Origin: Planctomycetota bacterium
GTDB lineage: Bacteria > Planctomycetota > GCA-002687715 > DRQF01
Assembly (NCBI GenBank): GCA_036479435.1
Contig: JAZGFI010000288.1
Location: forward strand, 1 to 64,000
DNA length: 64,000 bases
Direction of reading: 5' to 3'
The position numbers were made by a program, and so were the translations under genes. The number at the start of each line of letters is the position of its first letter. Position 1 is the first letter of the stretch. Below, piece after piece: positions 1 to 9,566 of the stretch. The notes under the pieces are model-generated. The model was not told the DNA's origin, searched no databases, and worked only from the letters and a program-made list of their open reading frames with translations.

Positions 1-58
1 TCGCGCACGTCCGGATCTGTGGGGGGCTGGGGAGAAAAATCTCCCTGGTCTACCCGAC

Positions 59-113
59 GACTAAATTCTCCCGCTTTTTTAGGTCTGACCTAAAAAAGCG
101 GGAGAATTTAGTC
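59..113. repeat. Perfect 27-bp inverted repeat with a 1-nt spacer (REP-like palindrome, GGTC-T-GACC centre)
   Basis: 59-85 gactaaattctcccgcttttttaggtc is the exact reverse complement of 87-113; lies 30 nt past the stop of the minus-strand glc operon. Confidence 0.95.
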
Positions 114-142
114 TGACGCCGTATAGCCGGTTGTTCTTTGGA

Positions 143-922
143 CTAGGGGGTCTTGCTGAGGATGGAGATGAGGGCCGATTCGCCGCTGAAATCGTTGAGC
201 GAGATGAGGACAGCGGGGTCTTGGTCGGAGGCTAGGAACAAGCCTTGGTTGGGGACGAGGGCAAGACCTTCGAGGTTGATTTCTTCTAGGGCGTACCACT
301 CTCCCTGGGCTCGTCCCTCGAAGTCCAACAGGCGCAGGCCCCGATCGCGCGAGAGTAGGACGAAGCCTTGCTTGTCGGACAGTAGCAACAAGTCGTTGAC
401 GCGCTGCGCTGGCAGAGGGCGCTCTTCGACCACAATCCAGCGCTCGTTTTTCTCCTCGAGAATGACCAAGACCGCGGGGCGTTCGTTGACGAGGTAGATG
501 CGAGTCTTGCCGTCGAAGGCGATCCCTTCGTAACTCTTGTTGCGACCCTCGCGCTCTTCGTAGAGCGGAACCGAAAACTGGCCGCGGCTTTCGAAGGTCT
601 TGGGATCGAAGCGAAGGATGTGCCCGTTTCTCTCCGATAGCAGCCACAACTCGCCATTGCGACCCCAGGTGATGCCTTCGAGATCTTCGCCGGGGACCTT
701 GCAGCTTTTGAGGATGCGGCCCTTAAGGTCGAGTTCCACGAGGACGCCGTTGTCCGCAACCCCGTAGAGGCTCTTGCCGTTTGGGTGCGCGACAAGGCCC
801 GAGAGTTCGCGGATGGCCTGGGCGGCCACCCGTCGGTCCGCCGTCCGAGTACTGCCGCAGGAGGCCAGGCCGCCGAAGACGAAGAGGCAGAGCAGCGCGA
901 ATCTTGCAGTGAGTGATGGCAT
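143..922 (-). CDS. SdiA-regulated/YjiK-like beta-propeller lipoprotein
   Basis: Signal with lipobox-like GLASC; repeated ELSGL/DLEGI/YEGIAF/NLEGLA blade motifs; ATG at 922 overlaps the glcF stop (TGATG), so the ORF-track start at 1000 is probably too long. Confidence 0.7.
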   Translation of the reverse strand: MPSLTARFALLCLFVFGGLASCGSTRTADRRVAAQAIRELSGLVAHPNGKSLYGVADNGVLVELDLKGRILKSCKVPGEDLEGITWGRNGELWLLSERNGHILRFDPKTFESRGQFSVPLYEEREGRNKSYEGIAFDGKTRIYLVNERPAVLVILEEKNERWIVVEERPLPAQRVNDLLLLSDKQGFVLLSRDRGLRLLDFEGRAQGEWYALEEINLEGLALVPNQGLFLASDQDPAVLISLNDFSGESALISILSKTP

Positions 923-2205
923 CAAAGAAGCTCCGCGGGATGGACGACCTCGATTTTGAGGCCACGGTCGCGAATACCTTTGCGCCATTGCAACATACAA
1001 CCCGGATTGCCGGTGATGAGTATTCTGGCGCCGCTGGCTTCGAGTTGGTCCAGTTTGCGTTCCAGAATACGGGAACTCAAATCCGGTTGTAAGAGATTGT
1101 AGACGCCCGCTCCTCCGCAGCAGTCCTGCGACCCTTCGAGAGGAACCAAATGAAGATTGGGGATGCGCCGCAGCAGGGCCTCGGGTTCCGCCGTGCAGCC
1201 TTGGGCATGGTGCAAGTGGCAGGGCGCATCGTAGGCGGCCTTGATGTCCGCCCTGGCGCTTTGTCCCCGAGGCACGAGTCCCTCGCGCTCGAAAAACACC
1301 GAAATGTCGACCGTCTTTGCCGCCAGTGCCCGCGCTGCGCTGACCAGTTTCTTATCGTCGCTGAACCAGTGCTCGTAGTCCTTGATCGCCGCCCCGCAAC
1401 CGGCGGAGTTGACGATGAGCTGCGAGCAACTCGCAAAGGCTTCAAGGTTTTGGCGGGCGAGTTTTCGAGCGGTTTCAAGATCCCCTTGGTGGGCATGGAG
1501 TGCGCCGCAACAAGTCTGAAGTTGGGGAACCTTGACCCCATAGCCTTGGGCGCTCAAGGCATCGACGGTGGCCCTATTGACGGCGCCAAATAGGGGGCGC
1601 ATCACGCAGCCCTCGAGGAGGGCGACCTCTCCCCTTGCTGGCGAGCCCTGGGCCTCGCGTTGGGCCGGGAGGGCGCCGCGTTCTTCGGCGGGGGGCAAGT
1701 CCGGCAAGTTGTCGACCATGGCCCGGATGCCGCGCGGCAAAAGCCGAACCCGGCTGAGGCCCCTTGCGAAACTCATCAAGCCCCAACGGTTCGCGAACTC
1801 AAGCTGACGCATGAACTTCTCGAGACGTTCGTGATCGGGGATGACCTTTCGCAGCATGCGCGCCGCCCACCATCGTCGCAACCATTTTCCCTTCGGCTTG
1901 CGCTGCATCTCTTCGCGCGTGATCTCCATCATGCGGCCAAACTCGACCCCCGAGGGGCAGACTGATTCGCAAGCGCGGCAGGAAAGACAGGTCTCCATCT
2001 TGTCGCGAAATCCAGGGGTCAGTTCGAATCGGCCCTCGGCCAGACCCTTCATCAGGTGAATGCGTCCGCGGGGGCTCAATGCTTCGTTGCCGGTGACGTC
2101 ATAAGTCGGACAGTGAGTCAAGCAGAGTCCGCAATGGACGCAGTCCAAGCTCTTCTCGTAGCGAATTAGGAGCGCCTTTGACTGATCGGATACCGGAGAA
2201 TTCAA
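922..2205 (-). CDS. glcF: Glycolate oxidase iron-sulfur subunit
   Basis: CVHCGLCLTHCP and CLSCRACESVCP ferredoxin motifs, two CCG domains (TCCGALH, DCCGGAG), NPGC; coupled to glcE. Confidence 0.9.
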   Translation of the reverse strand: MNSPVSDQSKALLIRYEKSLDCVHCGLCLTHCPTYDVTGNEALSPRGRIHLMKGLAEGRFELTPGFRDKMETCLSCRACESVCPSGVEFGRMMEITREEMQRKPKGKWLRRWWAARMLRKVIPDHERLEKFMRQLEFANRWGLMSFARGLSRVRLLPRGIRAMVDNLPDLPPAEERGALPAQREAQGSPARGEVALLEGCVMRPLFGAVNRATVDALSAQGYGVKVPQLQTCCGALHAHQGDLETARKLARQNLEAFASCSQLIVNSAGCGAAIKDYEHWFSDDKKLVSAARALAAKTVDISVFFEREGLVPRGQSARADIKAAYDAPCHLHHAQGCTAEPEALLRRIPNLHLVPLEGSQDCCGGAGVYNLLQPDLSSRILERKLDQLEASGARILITGNPGCMLQWRKGIRDRGLKIEVVHPAELL

Positions 2206-3449
2206 GCGCCCGCCTCCTCGAAGCGCCGACCGGCGGCGAAGATTCCCGAGGGGTCGAGAGCCTCCGCGAGGCGGTTCTGTAGAGCGCGGTGGGCCACGGG
2301 AAGCTGGCCGAATCGATCCCGGCGGCGCGGTCGATCTTCGGGGTCGTTAGGCAACGAAGCGGTCGCGCCGAAGTGATGAAGGAGGTCGGGAATCCCAAGT
2401 TCTATCAAGCGCTGATCGGCACCTTCGCCGCGCACTCGACTCGGTTCGCTGAGTTGTAAGCGCCCTCGCGCAATGTCGGCGATCATCGAGTGCTTCGTAT
2501 CGAGCTTAGTCCCAGAAAGTGCGGCCATGGCTTGTTCTAACTGAGAGGGCCGGAGTTGAAAGTCGACCCGAAAACCCTCTTGCCAAGGCCAATGCCCGAG
2601 CCCCGACCACAGTCTGTCGGATGACGGGGTGTCGAGGACTTCGAGATTGGCATCGCGTTTCGCGAGCGCTTCGCAGGTGCGTTGCAGCGTTTGTGGGTGC
2701 CCCTCCATGCGGAGAAGCAGGAACTTTTCTTTGGGGCCGTGATCGGAATCATCAGTGCCGAGGACGGTGCTACCCGCCACCACGGCCCCGGTGGCGACGA
2801 CCAGGCCAGAGATCTTGGTTCCGAGCGAACGAAGGGCAAGCCCAGTCTTGAGGGCCAGCGAAAGAGTGGGGCGTGCCAAGACCACTGTGACCTCGTGGTC
2901 TGGAAGGGGGCGGAGCTTCAATGTGATCTCGTACATGAGTCCAAAGCGGCCATGGGCGCCGACATGTAGCCGACTGAGGTCATACCCCGTCACGTTCTTC
3001 ACGACTTTGCCACCACAGTGCGCGTGTCGACCGAGGCTATCGAGATAGCTGATACCGAGCACTTGGTCTCGCAGGGGACCGAAAAGGCCGGCGTTGAAAC
3101 CGTCCAATCCCGCGGCGACGGCGCCGCCCAAGGTTACGCCGAGTCCTCGTGGAATCTCGGCGGCGAGGCGCTGGCCGCCCATGCGTAGCCGATCTTGCAA
3201 GGTGTCGACTGATTGGCCGGCGCCAGCCGTCACGATGAGGTCGGAGACTTGGTGGTCAAAGGGGGGCTCAAGAGCTGACAGGGAAATGATGACGCGATGG
3301 CTGTCGCCCGGTACCTCTGGCGGCGGCAGCGGCGAGCCCGTCGCAACGATCCCGGTGCCGTGCTGTGAGGCCGCGGTCACCAGTTCGCGCATCACGGCGA
3401 GGTTGCCGGGCGTTTGAAAAGTGCCCGCGAGCTCGCGTCCCGAACTCAT
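2202..3449 (-). CDS. glcE: Glycolate oxidase FAD-binding subunit
   Basis: GGKVVKNVTGYDL signature, TLGGAVAAG, C-terminal LDPSGIF; between glcD and glcF. Confidence 0.88.
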   Translation of the reverse strand: MSSGRELAGTFQTPGNLAVMRELVTAASQHGTGIVATGSPLPPPEVPGDSHRVIISLSALEPPFDHQVSDLIVTAGAGQSVDTLQDRLRMGGQRLAAEIPRGLGVTLGGAVAAGLDGFNAGLFGPLRDQVLGISYLDSLGRHAHCGGKVVKNVTGYDLSRLHVGAHGRFGLMYEITLKLRPLPDHEVTVVLARPTLSLALKTGLALRSLGTKISGLVVATGAVVAGSTVLGTDDSDHGPKEKFLLLRMEGHPQTLQRTCEALAKRDANLEVLDTPSSDRLWSGLGHWPWQEGFRVDFQLRPSQLEQAMAALSGTKLDTKHSMIADIARGRLQLSEPSRVRGEGADQRLIELGIPDLLHHFGATASLPNDPEDRPRRRDRFGQLPVAHRALQNRLAEALDPSGIFAAGRRFEEAGA

Positions 3450-4903
3450 ACGAGATCCTCAAAAGTCGTGAAGACCTGCTTGGCGGGCCCTTTGACCTCG
3501 GTGCAGGCGCGTGGGGTCGGGAGGAGTTTGCCCGGATTCATCAAGCTGCGGGGGCCAAAGGCGCGTCGAATCGACGCAAACGACTCCAACACCGGCGCGC
3601 CAAACTGCAGGTGCATGAATTCTTTTTTCTCAAGACCCACTCCGTGTTCCCCAGACAAGGTGCCTCCGAGATCGAGGCAGGCTCGAACGATCTCTGCGTT
3701 GGCCTTCAGGACCCGGTCAACTTCGTCAGGATCGCGGGCGTCGTAACTGATATTGGGGTGAAGGTTTCCTTCGCCGGCGTGGAATACATTTGCGAGCCTC
3801 AGATCATAGCGAGTGCAGATTGCTCCAATCTCCAAGATCGCCTGCTGCAAACGCGACCGAGGAACGACGGCATCCATGACGTAGACGTTGGGAGCGACAC
3901 GCCCCATCGCTCCGAACGCCCCCTTGCGACCTTGCCACAGTCGCGACCTTTGCTCGGGATCGTTGGCGCGTTCAAAACTGAGGAGGTCGTGCTGCTCGAA
4001 AACTTCGGCGATGGCCTTGGCATCGGCACTCACATCGCGGGGGTTGCCGTCCAGCTCGATCAACAAGACCGCGTCGGCGTGGCGTGGATAACCGGCGGCG
4101 TGGACCGAAGACTCAACGGCTTCAATCGTCAGATGATCCATCGCTTCGATTGCCGAGGCCTCGATTCCTGCGGCGATGACGTCGCTGACGGCTTGGCAGG
4201 CGCCTGCCAAGGATCCGAAGGCGCCGAGCAAGGTCATCACTGAGGCGGGTTTTTGAGTCAGGCGCACTTCGATCTCGGTGACGATACCCAAGGTGCCCTC
4301 GGAGCCGACGACGAGGCTAAGGAGATCGTACTCGTCCCCTTCGTCGCTCAACTCGATGATTTCGCCATCCTCCAGCACGATGGTGGCGCCGAGAATGTGC
4401 TGTCGGGTCGAGCCGTACTTCAATCCGTGGGGCCCACTCGCGTTCTCCGCGACATTGCCGCCCAAGGTACAGACACTTTGGCTAGATGGATCGGGAGCGT
4501 AGAAGAGGCCATTTTCCGCCACGCATTCGGAGAGTCGCGCATTAACGAGGCCAGGTTGGACACGAGCCCTGCGGTCAACGGTGTTCAGCTCGAGGATGGA
4601 GCGCATCATTGAGGTATCGATGAGCACTCCGCCGTCACTTGGCGGCACCGCCCCGCCCGAAAGGCCCGTTCCGGCACCACGCGGCGTGACCGGGATCTGG
4701 GCGTCGAAACAAGCGCGCATGATAGCCACACAGTCCTCTGTGGAATGCGGAAAAGTCACCGCCAGGGGCATCGCGCTAAAATGCGTGAGGGCGTCGCACT
4801 CATAGACCGCTAAAGACTCGACGTCCGTCAGCAGGCGTTGCTGACCGAGGCGTCGTCTTAAGCGTCGTTCGAGTTTGCCGGGAAGCGAGCGGCGCTTCGA
4901 CAT
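3446..4903 (-). CDS. glcD: Glycolate oxidase FAD-linked subunit
   Basis: PRGAGTGLSGGA, YAPDPSS, GSEGTLG, NVFHAGEGNLHP, SGEHGVG, NPGK; start taken at MSKRRS (4903). Confidence 0.92.
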   Translation of the reverse strand: MSKRRSLPGKLERRLRRRLGQQRLLTDVESLAVYECDALTHFSAMPLAVTFPHSTEDCVAIMRACFDAQIPVTPRGAGTGLSGGAVPPSDGGVLIDTSMMRSILELNTVDRRARVQPGLVNARLSECVAENGLFYAPDPSSQSVCTLGGNVAENASGPHGLKYGSTRQHILGATIVLEDGEIIELSDEGDEYDLLSLVVGSEGTLGIVTEIEVRLTQKPASVMTLLGAFGSLAGACQAVSDVIAAGIEASAIEAMDHLTIEAVESSVHAAGYPRHADAVLLIELDGNPRDVSADAKAIAEVFEQHDLLSFERANDPEQRSRLWQGRKGAFGAMGRVAPNVYVMDAVVPRSRLQQAILEIGAICTRYDLRLANVFHAGEGNLHPNISYDARDPDEVDRVLKANAEIVRACLDLGGTLSGEHGVGLEKKEFMHLQFGAPVLESFASIRRAFGPRSLMNPGKLLPTPRACTEVKGPAKQVFTTFEDLV

Positions 4904-5006
4904 GCTGGAGAATCCTAAGGATGGGGCACGAAAGGGGAGTCTATCACGACAGGGCAAACCCGTGAGAGCTGGGCCCTTGTCCGGTTGACGGTTGTGTCGC
5001 GATCAA

Positions 5007-5768
5007 ATGAGTCTAGAATTCCCCATGAACGCCGCTGCCCCAGGATTTCACGTTTTCACGATCTTTCGCACTCCCGTGTATGTGCAGGGCATGTTTTTGT
5101 TGCTGCTGCTGATCTTTTCACAGGGCAGTTTCGGTTTGGGCCCGGGTTATATTTTCATCGATTGTTTGTCGGTGGTCATCGCCTTGTTGGTCCACGAATT
5201 TGGCCATGTTTATGCGGCGAAAACAAATGGCAGCCGTTCCATCGTTGTTCTGGGCGGCATGGGCGCCTACACCGCCTCTGACGGCCAGGCCGCTGGCTGG
5301 CGAGGCATCTGGCTTTCGGTGGCGGGCCCCCTGTTCGGTTTTGCCCTCTGGGGCCTGTTGTGGTTCGGGTTCATTCCGAGCTGGGGCCGCGAAGCCGGGC
5401 TCTTGTTCGATCTTGAGGCCGTTTTTTCCCCCTTCTCTGTGGTCTGGGGGATGCCAGCATCACAGGGCCATCTGGGCTGGTATCTTTGGGCCCGCCTCGT
5501 TCAACTCAATTTGTTGTGGGGCTTGGTAAATCTGTTGCCCATCATTCCTTTGGACGGCGGGCACGTCTTGGAACACGCGCTCAAGACGAAAATGCGGGCC
5601 CACCAGGCGGTTCGAATCGCCTCCATCGTCAGCATTGTGGCCTGCGTGGCGATCGTCGGATTGGGCTACTTTTTGTTGGCCACCGTGCACCCCTGGAACA
5701 TCTTTATCGTGGGTTATCTGGCCTACATCAACTACGACCGCCTCGCCCAAAGCCGCAATCGCTTTTGA
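5007..5768 (+). CDS. Site-2 protease (peptidase M50) family membrane metalloprotease
   Basis: HEFGH zinc motif, AGP, NLLPIIPLDGG, several hydrophobic segments; start uncertain (5007 or 5025). Confidence 0.9.
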   Translation: MSLEFPMNAAAPGFHVFTIFRTPVYVQGMFLLLLLIFSQGSFGLGPGYIFIDCLSVVIALLVHEFGHVYAAKTNGSRSIVVLGGMGAYTASDGQAAGWRGIWLSVAGPLFGFALWGLLWFGFIPSWGREAGLLFDLEAVFSPFSVVWGMPASQGHLGWYLWARLVQLNLLWGLVNLLPIIPLDGGHVLEHALKTKMRAHQAVRIASIVSIVACVAIVGLGYFLLATVHPWNIFIVGYLAYINYDRLAQSRNRF

Positions 5769-5840
5769 TTTTCGGTCCAGGGGAGTATCGTCTTGCTTGA
5801 GACGAGCGCGTCCTCAGCTGCGATTCCCTGTCGACCCATC

Positions 5841-7109
5841 ATGAAAAAAACACTCACCTTCCTCCCTTTGTTCCTGGTGGCTCTCCTCGCCTTTGTCGCC
5901 GTGTGGTGGTTCAGCCGAGGCGATGACGGAGCCAACCTTAATATTGACGTCGATCCGCAGCAGGTCTTGCAGATCGGCGATTCCGGCGAAACCCAGCACT
6001 TTTCCGCTCGTCGTGACCTGATGCCCACGAGTGACCACGTCGACGACTTAGATCCCGCTGCCGTAGGTGCGGGTGATCCAAATCTTGGCGAGCTATACGT
6101 TGAAGGCAAGCTCGCAGCGAAGACGCCGCCTGAACTCGTCGTCGAGATCTACCCTGCCGCCACCGAGCGTCGTCAGCTAGCTGAAGGCACCCTTTTTGCC
6201 CAATTGGAACCGGGGCTGTATCGCATCACCCTTTATGGCGGCGACATCGTGCCGATCTACCATGCGGACATTCGAATTGAAGCTGGCAAGCGCCGTTCCT
6301 TGAAGTTCGAACTCGAAAGAGGCCTCCGATTCAAGGGACAGGTCCTTTCCGCTAATCCCGAAGAGGCGATTCCCTATGCAAGCGTCGATTTCAACGGCCA
6401 GGGGAGTGTGCGCTGCGATGGCGAGGGGTTCTTCGAAGTCGCACCGCGTTTGGCGCGCTATGCGCTCTCGAAGATCACCGTTAGCGCTGAAGGCTGGGAC
6501 ACCCAGATCTATCACCAACTGAGCATCGTCGATCCTGAGAATATCCAGCTCTATCTCGGTCGCGGTAAACGCTCGGTCACCCTTGATGTCGTCAACCGCA
6601 CCACGGACGAACTCCCCGACGACTGGTTGGTACGTGTCACGATCGCGCCTTTGTACACGACACGTCGTGAGGTCAAGGTCACCGGAACTCAGAACCGAAT
6701 CGAGCTCGAGAATCTCTACGCCACTAACCACTACCGATTTGAGTTGCATTTCCCGGGCGGAGAATTCCCCACGCAACGTCAAAAACTCAGAATCGAGTTA
6801 GGTGAAGAGCACCGAGTATTGCGCTTCGTGATCGAAGAAGGCGCTGAGATCTTGGCGGAGGCCGTTGGGCCAGAGATCTTAAAGCAGCAAATCGAACTAC
6901 AACTTCGAGACGTGCACAATGACGTGTTGGCCCGAGGCCCGATTCGTAAGGACGGTACATTCCGGCTGAATCATGTGAGCGCGGGCAGCTACTTTTTGTT
7001 CCTAATATCTGGCAGCCAGGCGAGGTCCATAGGGAAACTGAAGCTCAATGGCCGTGAGCGGCTTCGGCTAAAAATCGACTTGCTTCGCCACAAGGTGCAG
7101 AGGATCTGA
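5841..7109 (+). CDS. Membrane-anchored exported protein with carboxypeptidase-regulatory-like (transthyretin-fold) repeats
   Basis: MKK plus hydrophobic anchor; LEPGLYRI, CDGEGFF, VSAEGW, DGTFRLNHVSAGSY patterns. Confidence 0.55.
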   Translation: MKKTLTFLPLFLVALLAFVAVWWFSRGDDGANLNIDVDPQQVLQIGDSGETQHFSARRDLMPTSDHVDDLDPAAVGAGDPNLGELYVEGKLAAKTPPELVVEIYPAATERRQLAEGTLFAQLEPGLYRITLYGGDIVPIYHADIRIEAGKRRSLKFELERGLRFKGQVLSANPEEAIPYASVDFNGQGSVRCDGEGFFEVAPRLARYALSKITVSAEGWDTQIYHQLSIVDPENIQLYLGRGKRSVTLDVVNRTTDELPDDWLVRVTIAPLYTTRREVKVTGTQNRIELENLYATNHYRFELHFPGGEFPTQRQKLRIELGEEHRVLRFVIEEGAEILAEAVGPEILKQQIELQLRDVHNDVLARGPIRKDGTFRLNHVSAGSYFLFLISGSQARSIGKLKLNGRERLRLKIDLLRHKVQRI

Positions 7110-7152
7110 AGGAGGGCGGCGAAGGCGCTTCGGGGTCACCCGCCCGTCACCC

Positions 7153-8667
7153 TCAGATCGTGGCCAGCTCGTGCGGAAGGTAGTCCATCGGCGATCGGAA
7201 GTAATGGTCGGGTGGATAAACGCCGAGGTTCGCCGCGCGGCTGCTGTAGATGCAACCGTAGTCTTCGATCTGCCGACCGTAAAAAGTCAGCTCGTTACTG
7301 GCTCGAAAATGTGAGCCCCAAAAGCGATTCGTAGCGCGGCTCATGCGATCCCGGAGCTTTTCGCGCTGATCGATGTGGTGGCGCAAGTCGTGTTTCTCTT
7401 GCCGAATGAGGCGTGCGATGTCGGCCTTGGCCCGTTCGATCAGGCGATCGTCGGGCGCGGATTCGAGAGTTTTTGCGAGGCCTTCCCAATGATGCAGCAT
7501 TGATTCGGCCTTGAGGCGAGCGAGGTCGGCGTCGTTGATCTGGCGGGCAATCCCTGGGAGACCTGCTTGCGCGTCAATCTCCTCTTCAAGTTCCGAGATG
7601 ATGAGCATCGTGCGCCAGTTTTGGCTGAGCTTGGAAGTGATGAGGTCGGCGTAGATATGGTCACCCACGTAAAGCACTTCAGGGCCCGAGTAGCCTAGGT
7701 GGGCCTCGATGTCACGAATACAGCCGCCGACAAGAATACGATGGTCTTCGGGTATCGCTTTTTCTGCTGTCGCTCCGGTGGGGTCGAAGTAGCGCGGTTT
7801 TCTTGCGTGGCAAACGACAAAGTCGAATAGGTCCACCCACCCCAGGTCGGAAGGATCATCGCCGAGTCCAAACGCCGGGTTGACCATCGCGCGAGTGTAT
7901 TCCCACTCCGAGTTCGTCAACAAAAAGACTTTCTTGCCGCTGGCGCGAAGTTGCTGCAGCATCGGCAAGACCTCGAGGTCGGGATTCAGAAAGTCGAGCG
8001 GCGACTTCATGATAATCTTCTTCAGAGACCCATCGCGATGCACCATATCGGTGTGTTCTCGGACCTTTTTCCAAAGCGGCGTGCAATCTTCATCGAGTCG
8101 CACTGCGGAGAGTGCCGAAAAAATGAGGATGTCGGGCTTGGCGAAAGCGGTATCCATCGGCCGAAAACGCTCGCCATCGGTTTCCATAGGGATAACGTTC
8201 ATGTCGCCATAGGCCACGCGGCGTTCGTCACGAGGCAGTGGATTTTTGCCGCGAAAAGCGCGCAACACATGACCAAATCGATCGACTTTTAAGACCGTGC
8301 CCAGTTTGGTGTCGACGATAAGGCCCTTGCAGGCGAAGTCGGGATCGGGGATCTCCTTTTCGAAGTCCTCAGAAAAGCCGTCGGCACGCAACCTTTCGAT
8401 GACGAGGCGCATCGCGACGGCATCCAAGGCCTCGCAGTTGTACACGGCGAGGGTGTGGTCGAAATCGAAACCGACGGCTTTGATCTTGTCGAATCGCAGG
8501 GTGCGGTTGGTAAATATCTGTCGCCTCGAGTCAAACACGGGGCTCTGCACGGCGCGCTTGAGGACGTCATTCCACCAGGCGACCTCTTTGGTCGAAGACT
8601 CAGATGGCTTCGCATCCGATGGCTGGTTTGACTTAGAGTCTTTGGCCAAGGCTAGTTCACTCCTCAA
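7153..8667 (-). CDS. HAD-IG family 5'-nucleotidase (cN-II-like)
   Basis: IFTNRTL, GFDFDHTL (HAD motif I), FLLTNS, ARKP, YVGDHIYAD, WRT, PHE C-terminus. Confidence 0.9.
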   Translation of the reverse strand: MRSELALAKDSKSNQPSDAKPSESSTKEVAWWNDVLKRAVQSPVFDSRRQIFTNRTLRFDKIKAVGFDFDHTLAVYNCEALDAVAMRLVIERLRADGFSEDFEKEIPDPDFACKGLIVDTKLGTVLKVDRFGHVLRAFRGKNPLPRDERRVAYGDMNVIPMETDGERFRPMDTAFAKPDILIFSALSAVRLDEDCTPLWKKVREHTDMVHRDGSLKKIIMKSPLDFLNPDLEVLPMLQQLRASGKKVFLLTNSEWEYTRAMVNPAFGLGDDPSDLGWVDLFDFVVCHARKPRYFDPTGATAEKAIPEDHRILVGGCIRDIEAHLGYSGPEVLYVGDHIYADLITSKLSQNWRTMLIISELEEEIDAQAGLPGIARQINDADLARLKAESMLHHWEGLAKTLESAPDDRLIERAKADIARLIRQEKHDLRHHIDQREKLRDRMSRATNRFWGSHFRASNELTFYGRQIEDYGCIYSSRAANLGVYPPDHYFRSPMDYLPHELATI

Positions 8668-9404
8668 TTCGTGGGTCGTTTGGCCCAGAGACAGGCGATG
8701 TTGCCCAACATGAAGCTGCGGTGCTCGACGGCTACGAAGCCCGCGGTTTCAATCTCGGCCGCGAGGGCCCGGCGATCCGGAAAGCGGGCCGTCGATTCCT
8801 GAAGATAGCGGTAGGCCTCGACATCGGCGCCGAGGAGCCGGACCACGAGGGGCATCACGATCTTGCTGTAGATCAGTGACGCTGACTTCGTGAAGAAATT
8901 CTGTGGGTGCCCCATGTCCAAACAACAAAAAGTGCCACCTGGTTTCAGGATGCGGAGAATTTCTCGGTAGGCCTCTTCGCGATTGCCAACGTTGCGTAAG
9001 ACCCAGCCCATCGTGACCAGGTCATGTTTTGCATCGGGCAGGCCCGTCGCACGCGCGTTCCCCTGGCGGAGGTCTGGGTCTTCGTGCCCCGCCGCTAGCG
9101 CTTTGGTTCGCGCGATCTTGAGCATGCCTTGCGACAGATCGATACCAACGACCGTTCCGTCGGTCCCCAATCTATGCCTCAGCTCACAGAAAAAGTCGCC
9201 AGTCCCGCAGCCCAGGTCCACCGCGGTATCGCCAGGTCTTAGTTGGCAGTGATCCAAGGCCGTTCGACGCCAACTGAGATCGCGGCCGAGGCTGAGGATT
9301 CGGTTCAAGCGATCATAGGGCGGCGCGATCTTGTCGAAGAGCGTACCGACGTAGCTCTCGCGTTCGTCACCCTTAAGTCCAGCCCCCTGGGCTCCTGTCG
9401 CCAT
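8664..9404 (-). CDS. menG: UbiE/MenG family quinone C-methyltransferase
   Basis: FDKIAPPYDRLNRILSLG-D--WR, DLGCGTGD SAM motif, LRNV, LKPGG, YRYLQES; start at MATGAQ (9404). Confidence 0.85.
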   Translation of the reverse strand: MATGAQGAGLKGDERESYVGTLFDKIAPPYDRLNRILSLGRDLSWRRTALDHCQLRPGDTAVDLGCGTGDFFCELRHRLGTDGTVVGIDLSQGMLKIARTKALAAGHEDPDLRQGNARATGLPDAKHDLVTMGWVLRNVGNREEAYREILRILKPGGTFCCLDMGHPQNFFTKSASLIYSKIVMPLVVRLLGADVEAYRYLQESTARFPDRRALAAEIETAGFVAVEHRSFMLGNIACLWAKRPTN

Positions 9405-9566
9405 TCCAACTCCTGGATTCCAATAAATTGAGGCGCCATGGTAGGCAGCGCGCACTGGCGCCACAAACCGCCACGGTTGCATGAAGATTCAGGCCAACTC
9501 GCTGCGGACAGGAATGGACTTCGAATCGCTATGGTCGACACTCCTGCGGCCAATAGGGGTTCGCGC

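Noticed and set aside
3365..4243. 292-aa plus-strand ORF
   Set aside because: Antisense to glcD, no recognisable domain
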